The position numbers and the translations under genes were made by a program. A stretch of DNA of 37,507 bases from a virus (taxonomy: Duplodnaviria > Caudoviricetes), in IMG/VR virus record IMGVR_UViG_3300038391_000041, positions 1-37,507 of that record. One strand, 5' to 3'. The notes below the pieces were generated by a model. That model was not told where the DNA came from. It ran no database searches and worked only from the letters and a program-made list of their open reading frames with translations. Positions 8,663 through 18,747 of the stretch are shown piece by piece (position 1 is the stretch's first letter; each line of letters opens with the position of its first letter).

Positions 8663-10368
8663 TGCCTTTGTCCAACACTATTTAACACCCTCAAGATGGC
8701 CTCAAGTATTACCTTTTCAAGATCTTCAACCCCTTCCTGGATGTTTGTGGTATTCAATTGGAGTTGATCTATCAGTGACCCAATTGAAATGTTTTGATTT
8801 ATCTGTCTGCCTCCAGAGCCTACAACTGAAGACACTCCCCTGGTACCTCCAGATCCTGCACCGGCAAGAGCAAGTCCTCCAGGTGATCCTCCTTGATTTC
8901 TGTATTGGGCCATGATTTTCTCATAGTCCATCTTTTCTCCAGGCGCTTTCATTTTGAACAGCCCTCCAGAGTTGTTTTTCTCAGCTTTGACAAAGCCTTC
9001 AGCATAAGCCCTGGCTGAATCAACTCCAACCTGCCTCATATCTGAAGCAAATTTCTTCCTGGCTGATACTCCAGCTAGATCACTGATAGCTTGCTTTCCT
9101 GCTTTGACGGCTTCAGAAAACTCTCCTTTAAAGATGAGCTTGATGGCTCTACCAATACCAGTGATCCCGGTAATCATTGCCTTAAATCTAGCAATGACAT
9201 GATCCTTGAGCGCAATAGCAAAACCTTTAATAGCTGCTCCAGCTGCATCCACAGCTCCACGGAACCAACCTACTTTTTTATATGCATGCACTACAAGAGT
9301 GATCAGCATTGTGATCCCGGTTATGATTGCAAAAATTGGGATAGCATTCATGGCCACTGCAAGCTTGAGACTTGAGATGGCCAGGATAGACTGCCTGACA
9401 GCCATCACCGTCAAATAGCCCTTATAGGCAACAACACCCAAAAGGAAGCCTTTGAATACAGTAGCATGAGAAGCAATGAATCCAAGGAAGCTGGATGCCA
9501 CATTATATGCTGTCATGACTCCACTTGTAATGCTATTGATCAAAGGGCTAAAGTCTCTTGATGACACCCAATCTATGGCAGCTCCAAGCTTATCAATAAA
9601 AAAGGAATAGAGGGGCATCAGCTGCTGGCCTAACCCGTATGAGAACAGAGTGAACTTATCTCTCAGATTGCTCAACATACCTCCTAGAGTTTGAGCTATG
9701 GATCCCATAGATCCTCTGACACCATCCATCTGGCCAATCTGGATCAGATAGTCTGCAATGGCATCTCCAGTGTTTTTGATTTCGGTGGTTTGCCCCTTAA
9801 AGGTAAGAGCAACAGTCTGGCCATTAGACTTGGCCTTTATACCAAACTCCTTGAGTCTTTCAAATTCGCTAGTCTGAGCATCCAGAACAGCCTCCACATA
9901 CTGATCAAATGACTTCCCCTGAGAGGCAGCAACATCTCCAAGCTGCATCATCTGCATCTTAGTTGGAACCAGGCCTCTATTAACCAACTTAGTAAATGAT
10001 CCGGCTACTTCATCAATCTGGAATGGTGTTCTGCTGGTGAAGTCTGTGAGCATCTGGAAAGATGCAGCTCCTGCTCTTGTGGACTGAAATGTATTGTCCA
10101 GGACTGCTCTATACCTGCTCAGCTCAATTGTGCTATCAACTATGTGATCATTGAACTGACTGACAGCCATGATGCTGAAAGCCGATAAAAGCAAAGGAGC
10201 AGCCAACCTAGCTGCTCTGCCCATGAATCCAATCTTATTAGAAGTTTCAACTGAAGACCGGCCAAGCTTCTCAACATGATGATCTGCTGACCTAGCTGAT
10301 TTAGCTAGCCTTTCAACATCCCTGCTGCCTTTTGACTTGAACTTTATTAAATACTCGTAGGCCTTCAT
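8659..10368 (-). CDS. Tail tape measure protein
   Basis: TPFQIDEV, LGDVAASQG, ERLKEFGI, TLGGMLSNLRD; Ala/Gly-rich with hydrophobic segments. Confidence 0.92.
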   Translation of the reverse strand: MKAYEYLIKFKSKGSRDVERLAKSARSADHHVEKLGRSSVETSNKIGFMGRAARLAAPLLLSAFSIMAVSQFNDHIVDSTIELSRYRAVLDNTFQSTRAGAASFQMLTDFTSRTPFQIDEVAGSFTKLVNRGLVPTKMQMMQLGDVAASQGKSFDQYVEAVLDAQTSEFERLKEFGIKAKSNGQTVALTFKGQTTEIKNTGDAIADYLIQIGQMDGVRGSMGSIAQTLGGMLSNLRDKFTLFSYGLGQQLMPLYSFFIDKLGAAIDWVSSRDFSPLINSITSGVMTAYNVASSFLGFIASHATVFKGFLLGVVAYKGYLTVMAVRQSILAISSLKLAVAMNAIPIFAIITGITMLITLVVHAYKKVGWFRGAVDAAGAAIKGFAIALKDHVIARFKAMITGITGIGRAIKLIFKGEFSEAVKAGKQAISDLAGVSARKKFASDMRQVGVDSARAYAEGFVKAEKNNSGGLFKMKAPGEKMDYEKIMAQYRNQGGSPGGLALAGAGSGGTRGVSSVVGSGGRQINQNISIGSLIDQLQLNTTNIQEGVEDLEKVILEAILRVLNSVGQRQ

Positions 10369-10574
10369 TATTCAGTATTGGACTCATTTTCAACTCTTTT
10401 GTAGTGCCAGATTGCGGCTATCCTTGAGCACCAGACTTCATCATCCATCTGACTGGCATCCTTTCCATGCGTGTGGTAGAATAGAAAGTCATCCAGTGCT
10501 CTTATAGAGCATTCTAGCAGATCTGAGGAGTCTCCTGGAGTATCATCATACAGGAGCTCCTTTAGAGCTTTTTT
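10368..10574 (-). CDS. -1 frameshift extension of the tail assembly chaperone (gpT-like); not in the ORF track
   Basis: A AAA AAG at 10574-10568, then a hairpin at 10560-10527; the -1 frame is open for 66 codons (ALKELLYDDTPGD...VWCSRIAAIWHYKRVENESNTE) to a TAA overlapping the tape-measure ATG. Confidence 0.85.
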   Translation of the reverse strand, partial: KKALKELLYDDTPGDSSDLLECSIRALDDFLFYHTHGKDASQMDDEVWCSRIAAIWHYKRVENESNTE

Positions 10575-11131
10575 ATTGAGACTTCCTTTTTCTTGTACAG
10601 GTCCTCAACATTGCTCAGCACCGGGATCAGCCAGTACATGTCTTTGCTATCAATAAACTCTGAGTCTCCATCTAGGAGAAGCATCTTCAATAGCTCTAGC
10701 TGCTTTGTGAGAACAGCACCTCTTTTGGACTTCCTTTCTGCAAGGTTCAAGTGCTCCCTGGTAATTGGCTTTAAAGTGATAACTTTCTGCTCTGGATTAC
10801 CTTGAAGATCTTCACCATCCAAGGTGATCACAATCTTGGAACCTTCCTTTTTCCAGGAGAGACTTGCTGGCTCAGTTACCAGGCCAATCACCTCCCTGAG
10901 GTTCATCAGATCCTCTGAGTCCTTAGCTAGGTTCTCATCTCCATCAACAATGCAGTTGTTGACAATAGTCTCAACATAGCCAATCTCTGACTCTATTGCG
11001 GCAGCAACAGCTTGCTGATAGACTTTGTAAGAAGGAAAGCAGATGATTGCCTCCTTGTTGCCAATAGTGACCAATTGGATCCTTCCATGCTGCTTCTTGA
11101 GCTCCTCAACGTTGTATGTAGTTTTTGCCAT
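10562..11131 (-). CDS. Tail assembly chaperone (gpG-like), apparently two tandem domains
   Basis: Lies between tube and tape measure; ends in a slippery site. Confidence 0.8.
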   Translation of the reverse strand: MAKTTYNVEELKKQHGRIQLVTIGNKEAIICFPSYKVYQQAVAAAIESEIGYVETIVNNCIVDGDENLAKDSEDLMNLREVIGLVTEPASLSWKKEGSKIVITLDGEDLQGNPEQKVITLKPITREHLNLAERKSKRGAVLTKQLELLKMLLLDGDSEFIDSKDMYWLIPVLSNVEDLYKKKEVSIKKL

Positions 11132-11142
11132 AGTCTTACTTA

Positions 11143-11556
11143 TTAAATGCCCTCAACTAGCTTTAAGAATTTGAATGGAATCCGAATGCTGGCATGCTTG
11201 TCCCCTTGAGCCATTCCCTTCTCAACCTCCTCAAAGACAACTCCAACCAATTGATCCACTGTCTGCTTTGCCACAGTAGTCTTAGCATAGGCTACTGTTA
11301 GTAAGTGGTCAAGAGCGGAGATATCCCTATTTGGAGACACTTGAGTCAGCTTGTCAAGCTCATTCTGAGTGATCACAATCTCTCCAGTGAGCTCTCTATT
11401 GCCTCTTTCAATATCGTGAGGATCTCCTCCTTTTCCATACCGGAACTCAGTGCTCCTGGTGTACTTGTATTTGATCTCCTCAATAGAGATCATGTTCTGG
11501 CCAGTGACATTCACTGAGATGTCCTTCCAGCCGTATTCTTTACTATCAAATGCCAT
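11143..11556 (-). CDS. Tail tube protein
   Basis: FDSKEYGWKDISV, YGKGGDPHDIERGN, KGMAQGDK; follows the sheath gene. Confidence 0.85.
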   Translation of the reverse strand: MAFDSKEYGWKDISVNVTGQNMISIEEIKYKYTRSTEFRYGKGGDPHDIERGNRELTGEIVITQNELDKLTQVSPNRDISALDHLLTVAYAKTTVAKQTVDQLVGVVFEEVEKGMAQGDKHASIRIPFKFLKLVEGI

Positions 11557-11558
11557 AA

Positions 11559-12734
11559 CTAGCTATTTACTTGAGTTGTTAATCCAAACTTGGCTGAAAT
11601 GGTTCCAGCGTAGCCTCTAGGCTGTACCTTGATTTCAGCAATTACTTCACTGGATGAGACCAGGTTTTGATCTGCATCAATCACAGCCTCCACCGCACTT
11701 GCTTCAGCTGGGACCATTGCATCTCCAATGGCCTGCTCAATACCTCCCTGCCATCCTTTTACTTCAGCAAGATCCATCTTACCATCTGAGTCCACTTCAA
11801 AGTCCCCTTCTAGGTTCTCAAGCAGATCTGCATACCCTAAAAGAACAGCCTTGTCAATGACCCTAACTTTAGAGATTCTATCAAAGTCATCAGTGGTGGC
11901 CGTAAGGGTCTGATCAGAGGAGAAGTAAATTCCTCCTTTTGTCTGGTGAGTTCTGTGGATGATGTATCCCTTGTTATGAATAGTCTCCCATTCAGACTCT
12001 CTATCCTCTATAGTGACAGTGCCTCCAAACTTGGCAGAGGTTATGCCCTCAATTGGGCCATCTTCAACAGCACTGGCTCTCCTTTGTACTGTGTTCTTAG
12101 CAAGTCTACCAAGCAAGGATCCTACATCTCCATTGTTGTTGGCTCCTCCGTCTTCAGAAGATAGAACAATGGCCACACGGTTATAATCAAAATTCCTGTA
12201 GTCCTTCAGATCTGCTGGAGTATTGTTGTAGCCAGCTCCTTCAAGGATCACAGCAGAGATAGGTTTCCTTTGATTGAAATACTCCTCAGCCAAAGCTTGA
12301 GCTTTTGGAGCTGCAAGGTGAACCTTGTCCTGTAAGCCATCAACAAGAGTGATACTCCCTGGATTCTCAACAGAAGCACCCAGCAAGCGGATCTTGCCCT
12401 GAGCATAGTCCAAAAGAGCTGTAACAATGACACCATCCTTATCAATAGCAGCATCAATAGTGGTGCTGGTTAGCATCACATAAAGCTCCGCACCGGTACC
12501 AGCTTCTGAATAGAAGTCAGAAATCTGCTTGTGAGCATAAGAGTTACCTCCAGAGGCAGTGATTCCATCATCCTCAGCTTGCTTCAGAGAAGTGTAGAGC
12601 GTTGGATCATTCAACTGGATTTTATCTGTCACAGCTACTCCTGAAATGAGTAGACCTGCAATACCGTCAGAGGTCTGGAGCGTTTGCTTCAGATTGTCAT
12701 TGGATACTGATATTGATACTTTTGGAAGTCCCAT
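11559..12734 (-). CDS. Contractile tail sheath protein (DUF2586-like)
   Basis: MGLPKVSI, DFYSEAGTGAELYVM, GSLLGRLA, KVRVIDKA, IKVQPRGYA. Confidence 0.85.
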   Translation of the reverse strand: MGLPKVSISVSNDNLKQTLQTSDGIAGLLISGVAVTDKIQLNDPTLYTSLKQAEDDGITASGGNSYAHKQISDFYSEAGTGAELYVMLTSTTIDAAIDKDGVIVTALLDYAQGKIRLLGASVENPGSITLVDGLQDKVHLAAPKAQALAEEYFNQRKPISAVILEGAGYNNTPADLKDYRNFDYNRVAIVLSSEDGGANNNGDVGSLLGRLAKNTVQRRASAVEDGPIEGITSAKFGGTVTIEDRESEWETIHNKGYIIHRTHQTKGGIYFSSDQTLTATTDDFDRISKVRVIDKAVLLGYADLLENLEGDFEVDSDGKMDLAEVKGWQGGIEQAIGDAMVPAEASAVEAVIDADQNLVSSSEVIAEIKVQPRGYAGTISAKFGLTTQVNS

Positions 12735-12775
12735 GTTTGGTCTTGCTATTTGTTAATCAATGCCTGGCTTCAGGC

Positions 12776-13186
12776 TTACTTGCTTGGATTTTTCTTTGCT
12801 TCCAGCTCAGCAATTTTGGCGTTAGCTGCCTCAAGCTGCTCCTTTAAGGAGATGATCTCCTGGTCTTTTGCCTGGAGAAGCTCAACCTGCTTGTCACTGT
12901 TAGCTTTTGCAGCCTCTACAGTCTCAGTCAACTCCTTAATCTCCTCATCTTTGGCAGTGACTTGAATCTGGAGCTCCTTAGCATCCGTGCTGATCTCTTC
13001 CTTGGCATTTCCAACCACAGGAAACTTGATAGGACCCTCAAGCTCATTCTCTTTGCAGTAGGTCTTTGCTCTTGCACCCTCTCGGAAGCCAGTGCCGTCC
13101 TGAGTGATCCAGATGGAGTCATAATTGTTGGACTCCATTAACTCCTTGGCCTTCTTGGCCATTTGTTCAATTGATAATTTGCTCAT
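12776..13186 (-). CDS. Hypothetical protein with C-terminal coiled coil
   Basis: ATGA-coupled; duplicated helix AKDEEIKELTETVEAAKA / AKDQEIISLKEQLEAANA. Confidence 0.6.
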   Translation of the reverse strand: MSKLSIEQMAKKAKELMESNNYDSIWITQDGTGFREGARAKTYCKENELEGPIKFPVVGNAKEEISTDAKELQIQVTAKDEEIKELTETVEAAKANSDKQVELLQAKDQEIISLKEQLEAANAKIAELEAKKNPSK

Positions 13187-13626
13187 CTGAATAACATTTT
13201 AATAGCCAGGAATAACAGGAGCCCCAGCAGAAGCATCTCAGTAAATGACATGCCCCACAAGAAGCCTCTTTTCTTGACTGTGGTTTCTTTGATATATGAT
13301 TCAAGTATTTTGTCTCTTAGTTGTAGCTCAATGAGTGCAGTGTCACACTCACAATCAGCTTGGATGGTTCTTGTCTCTGGCAGATATCTGACAGTGACTG
13401 TAGAGTTCCCACTCTTACTCTCGATTTGTTGCCCTTTTAAAAGGTCTTGCAACAAGGTTTCAACTTGACTGAAATCACCTCCAACAACAACAGACGTGTC
13501 CCGGTAGATGATCCTCTCTGAGGTCTTTTCCTCAACAGTAGTGTCACCAACCGGCTGAAGCAATCCACAGCCGGTGATGAACAGCATAACTACTACTACA
13601 GCGATATTGACGTAGGTCAATCTCAT
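13183..13626 (-). CDS. Lipoprotein, candidate unimolecular spanin
   Basis: N-terminal signal with lipobox ITG-C and a C-terminal TM helix; directly after the endolysin. Confidence 0.65.
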   Translation of the reverse strand: MRLTYVNIAVVVVMLFITGCGLLQPVGDTTVEEKTSERIIYRDTSVVVGGDFSQVETLLQDLLKGQQIESKSGNSTVTVRYLPETRTIQADCECDTALIELQLRDKILESYIKETTVKKRGFLWGMSFTEMLLLGLLLFLAIKMLFR

Positions 13627-14126
13627 TTCCCAAAGTATATCCGGTTTTTAGGCACCCCTATGCTCAATGCCCAGGTAGGCACATCGAATGAAGGACAAGC
13701 CTTGTTTGCTACTTGGTTATGACCAATTAGTTTGGCCTTTGGGTATCTCTCCAGCAGCACAAAAACCCGCTCCTTGAGTGACTCAAGTTGCTCCTTGGTT
13801 CTTGTGTCCTTAGGAGGGTAAAATCTCATCCACTTCTCTTTAGTGGCTGCACAACCACCTTCATAGCACATGTGATAAGTGAGAGAATTGAGACCCCTGG
13901 CACCATTTGTGATTTCCCAGGGGTCCACAAATTCATCTCCATCATTGCCTTGTAAGTATTCAACAGTCCCCTCAAGCCTATGATATTCTCCATATCCTGG
14001 GTTCTTCCAACCTCTTCCACCATCCTTAACAGGACCCGTGTGCATTCTTATGATGTCATCACCAGAAAGCCTTTTCCCTTCAGGAGTGGCAGAGGTGTGG
14101 AGCATGATGAACTTACATTGTATCAT
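13623..14126 (-). CDS. Endolysin, N-acetylmuramoyl-L-alanine amidase (Amidase_2, T7-lysozyme-like)
   Basis: IMLHTSATPEG, GRGWKNPGY, CYEGG, DTRTKEQ, GHNQVANKACPSFDV. Confidence 0.92.
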   Translation of the reverse strand: MIQCKFIMLHTSATPEGKRLSGDDIIRMHTGPVKDGGRGWKNPGYGEYHRLEGTVEYLQGNDGDEFVDPWEITNGARGLNSLTYHMCYEGGCAATKEKWMRFYPPKDTRTKEQLESLKERVFVLLERYPKAKLIGHNQVANKACPSFDVPTWALSIGVPKNRIYFGK

Positions 14127-14148
14127 GATGTTGTTTCAGTTTTAGCGG

Positions 14149-15066
14149 TTAAACGTGCTTCTGAACGATTGCAGCAGCTCCAACCTCATCAAGGCGAGCA
14201 ATAGCACCTCCAGCTCTAACATTGTGAGACATCACATCTCCTACATGCTCAGCATCAGCCTTGTTGTAGAAGGTGTTTACCTTGCCTTCAGCAGCATGAA
14301 CAAAATCAGGGTGCCAGGCCAAGATTGCATCATTCATGGCTGCTGATCCAGCAGCACCAACAGCTTGCCTTGCAGGTGTAGCTGCGTTGTCATAGCGCAC
14401 GGTCTTAGGCCGCTTCATACAATTAAAGTTGAAGATTTGACCCATGTACCCCTTGGCGATTAAATCAGAAGACAACTTGTCTGCTCCAACAAACTGATCA
14501 AGACCAAGAGCCAAGAACTCAGACCAGAACCCGGTAGAGAACAACAGAATTCTCCTGCCATCATCTGGAACATTCATATTGTCAAGCTTTTCTCCAAGAT
14601 CAATCAAGTCTTGCATTACTAACTTTGAACGACTCCCTGAAGCTCCAGTAACCAAATGACCTCCAGCAAGACCCGAAGTCCTTACCATGTTGGCCAATAC
14701 TGAAGGAGCAAACTTGAATCCCATTTGGTCTCCAATCTCAGCATTAAGCTGATTTGCTTGAGTCACTAGCGTGCTTCTGTTCTTGTCATAGGTCACTGTG
14801 GCATTGTTATGCTCAGTCACCCTAACAGGAGGGGCCACATACTCATCAACATCATAGCTCTGCTTGGTGTCTGCCACCTCTTGAGCTGTGATAGGCTTAG
14901 ATGGATTCTTTTGAATCGCCGGGAATGATCCTTGATTAGGAATCTCAACGCTGCTAACGTTTGCATTTACACCGGTAACAACTTGAGCGTTCTTAAACGG
15001 CGACTTGTCCGGAAACAGCAACAGCTGCATCTGGTTTTCAAATAATTTTCTTGTTACTTCTGCCAT
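14149..15066 (-). CDS. Major capsid protein
   Basis: 305 aa directly after protease/scaffold; LDNMNVPDDGR and GYMGQIFNFN motifs typical of HK97-fold capsids. Confidence 0.85.
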   Translation of the reverse strand: MAEVTRKLFENQMQLLLFPDKSPFKNAQVVTGVNANVSSVEIPNQGSFPAIQKNPSKPITAQEVADTKQSYDVDEYVAPPVRVTEHNNATVTYDKNRSTLVTQANQLNAEIGDQMGFKFAPSVLANMVRTSGLAGGHLVTGASGSRSKLVMQDLIDLGEKLDNMNVPDDGRRILLFSTGFWSEFLALGLDQFVGADKLSSDLIAKGYMGQIFNFNCMKRPKTVRYDNAATPARQAVGAAGSAAMNDAILAWHPDFVHAAEGKVNTFYNKADAEHVGDVMSHNVRAGGAIARLDEVGAAAIVQKHV

Positions 15067-15084
15067 AACTTTAAAAAATGGGTA

Positions 15085-16269
15085 TTACTTAGTCCCGTTT
15101 ATTTCAGCCATTACAGCGTCCGGGTTTTCGTTTAATGCTTTTTCAAGCTCCTTATCTGTCATGTCTTTGACAGGCTTGTTAAAGGCAGAACCTGACGCTC
15201 CTGGAGCAGCCACTCCAAGCCCATCAAGAAAGCTCTTCACTTCTGGAGCAAGAGTCTGGTGTTTGGGATCATCTCCACCCTGTGACCCTTCAGGCTTTTC
15301 AAGCATTCCCTCAACAAGAGTCTTGGTAGACTCAAAGTCTTCAGAGAATTGCTTCTCAATGATGGGCTTCATGCCTTCTGGCATCTTCCCATCCTCAATC
15401 AACTTCGCAACAAGCTGCTCTGCTTCCTGCTTTTGAGACGCCTCAGCAGCATCCTTGAATTTCTTCAGCTCAGCATCAAGCGAAGCCTTTTCATTTCCTA
15501 GCTCCTTGACCTTGGCAAGGACCTGCTCCTCTGTTGAATCAGGCGCAAGAGCCAGGATTAAACAGAGCTTTGCGAGTAACTCTTTCATCTTTATGTTTGA
15601 ATTGTTTTGAGTCGTTTGTTTTTGCTGAGCAACAGCATAAGTGCTGGCCAGCTGATTAGGATCTTTGAGCAGATCCTGAATGGCTGAAGTATCAACTCCA
15701 TAACCCTCATCAATAAGTTTTGTAGCAATGCCTCTCTCAAGAGCTTCAGCAGAATCATGCCAGATGTCAACACCTGTCTTGAACCACTTTTTGACTTCAT
15801 CTTCAGTATTGCCGGTTTGATCAGCAAAAAGCTCAATAAAGCCCTTCTCTATCTTGGAAAGCATCTCTGCATATTCCCGGATCTTATCGGCTTCACCACT
15901 AATGCCTCCCTTGGGAAGGTGTGTCAGGATCATTGCATCCTTTGCCATTTGCCTCTCATCTCCAGAGACAAAAATCACAGCAGCCATGCTTGCTGCAAGA
16001 CCTTCACAGATTGTGATAACCTTGGCCTTGGATTCCTTGATTAAGCTTGTTAACACAAAGCCATCAAAGACAGACCCTCCAGGGCTTACGCCTATTCTGA
16101 TAGTAACTGTGTCGGATAAAGCCTCAAGCTCCTTAAAAGCCTTCCTGAATGCTGCCGCATTGTTGCTAGTCCATGAAGAAATCTCTCCATCAATAAAGAG
16201 CTCTTTAGCTCCGGAGCTATTCTCTACCAGGTTGAATCCTTGGCCAGCTGCTTGTTGTTTTTCACTCAT
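15085..16269 (-). CDS. ClpP-type head maturation protease with C-terminal scaffold
   Basis: SPGGSVFDG, GLAASMAAVIF, ILTHLP, AEALERGIA; internal MKELLAKL may start a separate scaffold. Confidence 0.9.
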   Translation of the reverse strand: MSEKQQAAGQGFNLVENSSGAKELFIDGEISSWTSNNAAAFRKAFKELEALSDTVTIRIGVSPGGSVFDGFVLTSLIKESKAKVITICEGLAASMAAVIFVSGDERQMAKDAMILTHLPKGGISGEADKIREYAEMLSKIEKGFIELFADQTGNTEDEVKKWFKTGVDIWHDSAEALERGIATKLIDEGYGVDTSAIQDLLKDPNQLASTYAVAQQKQTTQNNSNIKMKELLAKLCLILALAPDSTEEQVLAKVKELGNEKASLDAELKKFKDAAEASQKQEAEQLVAKLIEDGKMPEGMKPIIEKQFSEDFESTKTLVEGMLEKPEGSQGGDDPKHQTLAPEVKSFLDGLGVAAPGASGSAFNKPVKDMTDKELEKALNENPDAVMAEINGTK

Positions 16270-16440
16270 AGGCTTTATGGCTTAAAAACCGTAAAATCTT
16301 GGAGCGAAAATGGCCGAGATTTAAGACCCTAAAAAATGGGATTGCTAGAGTTAAACCCTTTGGTTTAAGTCCTTAATGATTTAGTCTAAGTCTATTAATT
16401 AAGGTGGAAGCTTGGGGCTTGCTGGGCTGATATTCGCCTT
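16270..16440. promoter_or_regulatory. Divergent late promoter region with direct repeats
   Basis: Only divergent gap between the two late operons; TTTGGTTTAAGTC (16359-16371) and TTTAGTCTAAGTC (16380-16392), 21-bp period. Confidence 0.55.
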
Positions 16441-16728
16441 ATGAAAGATATACTCCTTGATGATAATGAAGACATCCAGATCCAATCAGGAGACCTAGTA
16501 ATTGGGGAGTCCGGGGATCAACATGTCCGACATCTTGTGAAGTCCAGCAAAGGCGAATATAAAGCAAATCCAGAAATTGGAGTCAATCTGATAGACTTCC
16601 TAGAGACCGACAAGATCCAAGAGTTAGGATATGAGATCAATGATCAGCTGAAGTATGATGGAGCAACACCTGGATCCATTGTGCTTGATTCAGATACCGG
16701 GGAGATCTTTATAAAAGCAGACTACTAA
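16441..16728 (+). CDS. Sheath initiator / baseplate wedge protein (Mu gp46 / gp25-like)
   Basis: MKDILLD, GDLVIGESGDQHV, KGEYKANPEIGV, QLKYDG. Confidence 0.7.
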   Translation: MKDILLDDNEDIQIQSGDLVIGESGDQHVRHLVKSSKGEYKANPEIGVNLIDFLETDKIQELGYEINDQLKYDGATPGSIVLDSDTGEIFIKADY

Positions 16729-17201
16729 TGGGAAGACTCACAGCAACACAGAAAGAGCAGAAAATGAGAGAGGCCAAAAACCTCTACATGAGAGGCTACA
16801 ACATCACTGAGGTGTCTGGAGCTATCCAGGTTGGTCCCAAAGCAATCAGATCTTGGATCACTGAGAACAAGTGGGCTGAAGAGAGGGAATATGCCAAGAT
16901 GACTGTCAAGGACCTGATCAACAAAATCAAGAGGACCCTTCATGAAATCGCTGAAGGCAAAAAGGCAAAGATCTCTCCTGATGATCTCTCCAAGCTAGCC
17001 AAGGCAATTGAAAGATTAGAGGATCCAGAGAAGTCTCTCCGGTTTGCTATCCCAGCATTTGAAGCCCTGAGTGCTTCACTATACCAGGACATGAGAGAGG
17101 AGCCCTCAGCACAAGGAAAAGAGCTGGCCATGATTGTCTACCAGAGAACAAGAGCAGCCTGTGACAAGATTATAATTGAGATGGAGCATGGCATTATCTA
17201 A
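16728..17201 (+). CDS. terS: Terminase small subunit (N-terminal HTH)
   Basis: AKNLYMRGYNITEVS..IQVGPKAIRSWITENKW; directly upstream of TerL. Confidence 0.75.
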   Translation: MGRLTATQKEQKMREAKNLYMRGYNITEVSGAIQVGPKAIRSWITENKWAEEREYAKMTVKDLINKIKRTLHEIAEGKKAKISPDDLSKLAKAIERLEDPEKSLRFAIPAFEALSASLYQDMREEPSAQGKELAMIVYQRTRAACDKIIIEMEHGII

Positions 17202-18747
17202 AGACCTCAAGAAAAGGCTAGAGGAGTGGAAACAGCGAAGCCTAGAGATCAGGAACGCCACTCTTGAGACTGCAATATCAGAGTCAGAGGAAGAGAAGCA
17301 GGAGAGGATCCGGAGACTCTTGATCCCTGGCAACTACGGAAAATTTATAAGCTACTACTTTGGGCAAGACACAGCTGATCCTCTAGTGGATGCACCCTCT
17401 GCCAGGTTCCATGTTGAAAGCTACATGCAGCTGCAAGCTCATTCCTGGATAACTCAATTCAGGCCCTGGTATAGAGGTGCAGCAAAGTCCATTCATTCAG
17501 TGGTTGGGAATCCACTTGCTTTGATGGCCAGAAAGGAGACCAAGTTCATCCTGGTTGTAGGGGCCAATGAAGACAGAGCAAAGATCTTGCTTTCAGATCT
17601 CCAGCTCCAACTAGAGAATAACCAGAGATACATTGCTGACTTTGGACCTCAGAAGTCCTACGGAGACTGGAGTGAAGGAGCCTTTGAAACTCAAGACGGT
17701 GTTTACTGCTTAGCAGTTGGTTTGAACCAGCCCATCAGGGGACTCAGAAGAGGACCCAACAGGCCTGACCTGGTGATCATTGATGACATTGAAGACAGAG
17801 AGGTTGCTCTTAATCCGGATCTAGTCCGCAAAAGAGGTGAGAAGATCACCGGTGATATCATGAAGTCCTTTGGTAAAAAATGGAAAAGGATGGTAGTGGC
17901 CAACAACTTCATCACCAAGACTGGAGTGATGGCATACTTGATGGATAAGCTAGAGAGGCTTGAAACAACCAAGATCCATCAAGTCAATTTCATTGATAAG
18001 AATGGAAAGCCAACCTGGCCAGAAAGATACACAGAAGAGGATGTTCAAATGGAGCTGATAAACACTCCATACTTTGAGTTCCAGAGAGAGCTCATGAATA
18101 ACCCCATTGAGGAGGGCAGGCTGTTTAGATCTGAATGGATCAAGTACAAGGTTGCCGGGTATATCAAGAAGTGGGACGGTTTTATCATCTATATGGATCC
18201 TTCCTACACTAAAAAGGGAGACTACAAGGCTGGAGCTGGACTAGGATTCAAAGACGGCAAGATCTACTGTGTTGAGGCCTTCTGTAGGAAGTGCGAAATC
18301 ACAGAGCTAGTGAATTGGTATTTCAACACAGTTGAAAAGCTCTTTAAAAAAGGGATAAGCCCAATGAGCTACTTTGATGGGACAGCCTCTCAGGATGCAG
18401 TACACATGCCAGTTTTTAGGCAAGCTGCAAAAGACAGGCAATTCCCAATACTGCCAATGGCCGACAAGAGTGCTAGAATTGACAAGCACGCAAGGATTGA
18501 GGCCACGCTTACAAACGCTCTGTTTAATGGGCTCCTGGTCTTTGATCAGAGGCTCCAGGATGATCCAGATCTAAACACCGGTATGAATCAATTGCTAGGC
18601 TTTGAAAAAGGTACCAGAGGGCATGATGATTTTCCGGATGTGCTGGAGGCTGGGGTCAGAATTGGACAAAGGCTTTTTTCAGTCAGTGGTCAAAGAGAAG
18701 GATCAGGCAGAATACTACTATCAAAACATAAAAGAGGAGGATTCTAA
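17188..18747 (+). CDS. terL: Terminase large subunit (Mu gp28-like)
   Basis: RGAAKS Walker A, IRGLR..RPDLVIIDDIED Walker B, DPS and HDDFPDVLE nuclease motifs; ATG at 17188 preferred. Confidence 0.93.
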   Translation: MALSKDLKKRLEEWKQRSLEIRNATLETAISESEEEKQERIRRLLIPGNYGKFISYYFGQDTADPLVDAPSARFHVESYMQLQAHSWITQFRPWYRGAAKSIHSVVGNPLALMARKETKFILVVGANEDRAKILLSDLQLQLENNQRYIADFGPQKSYGDWSEGAFETQDGVYCLAVGLNQPIRGLRRGPNRPDLVIIDDIEDREVALNPDLVRKRGEKITGDIMKSFGKKWKRMVVANNFITKTGVMAYLMDKLERLETTKIHQVNFIDKNGKPTWPERYTEEDVQMELINTPYFEFQRELMNNPIEEGRLFRSEWIKYKVAGYIKKWDGFIIYMDPSYTKKGDYKAGAGLGFKDGKIYCVEAFCRKCEITELVNWYFNTVEKLFKKGISPMSYFDGTASQDAVHMPVFRQAAKDRQFPILPMADKSARIDKHARIEATLTNALFNGLLVFDQRLQDDPDLNTGMNQLLGFEKGTRGHDDFPDVLEAGVRIGQRLFSVSGQREGSGRILLSKHKRGGF

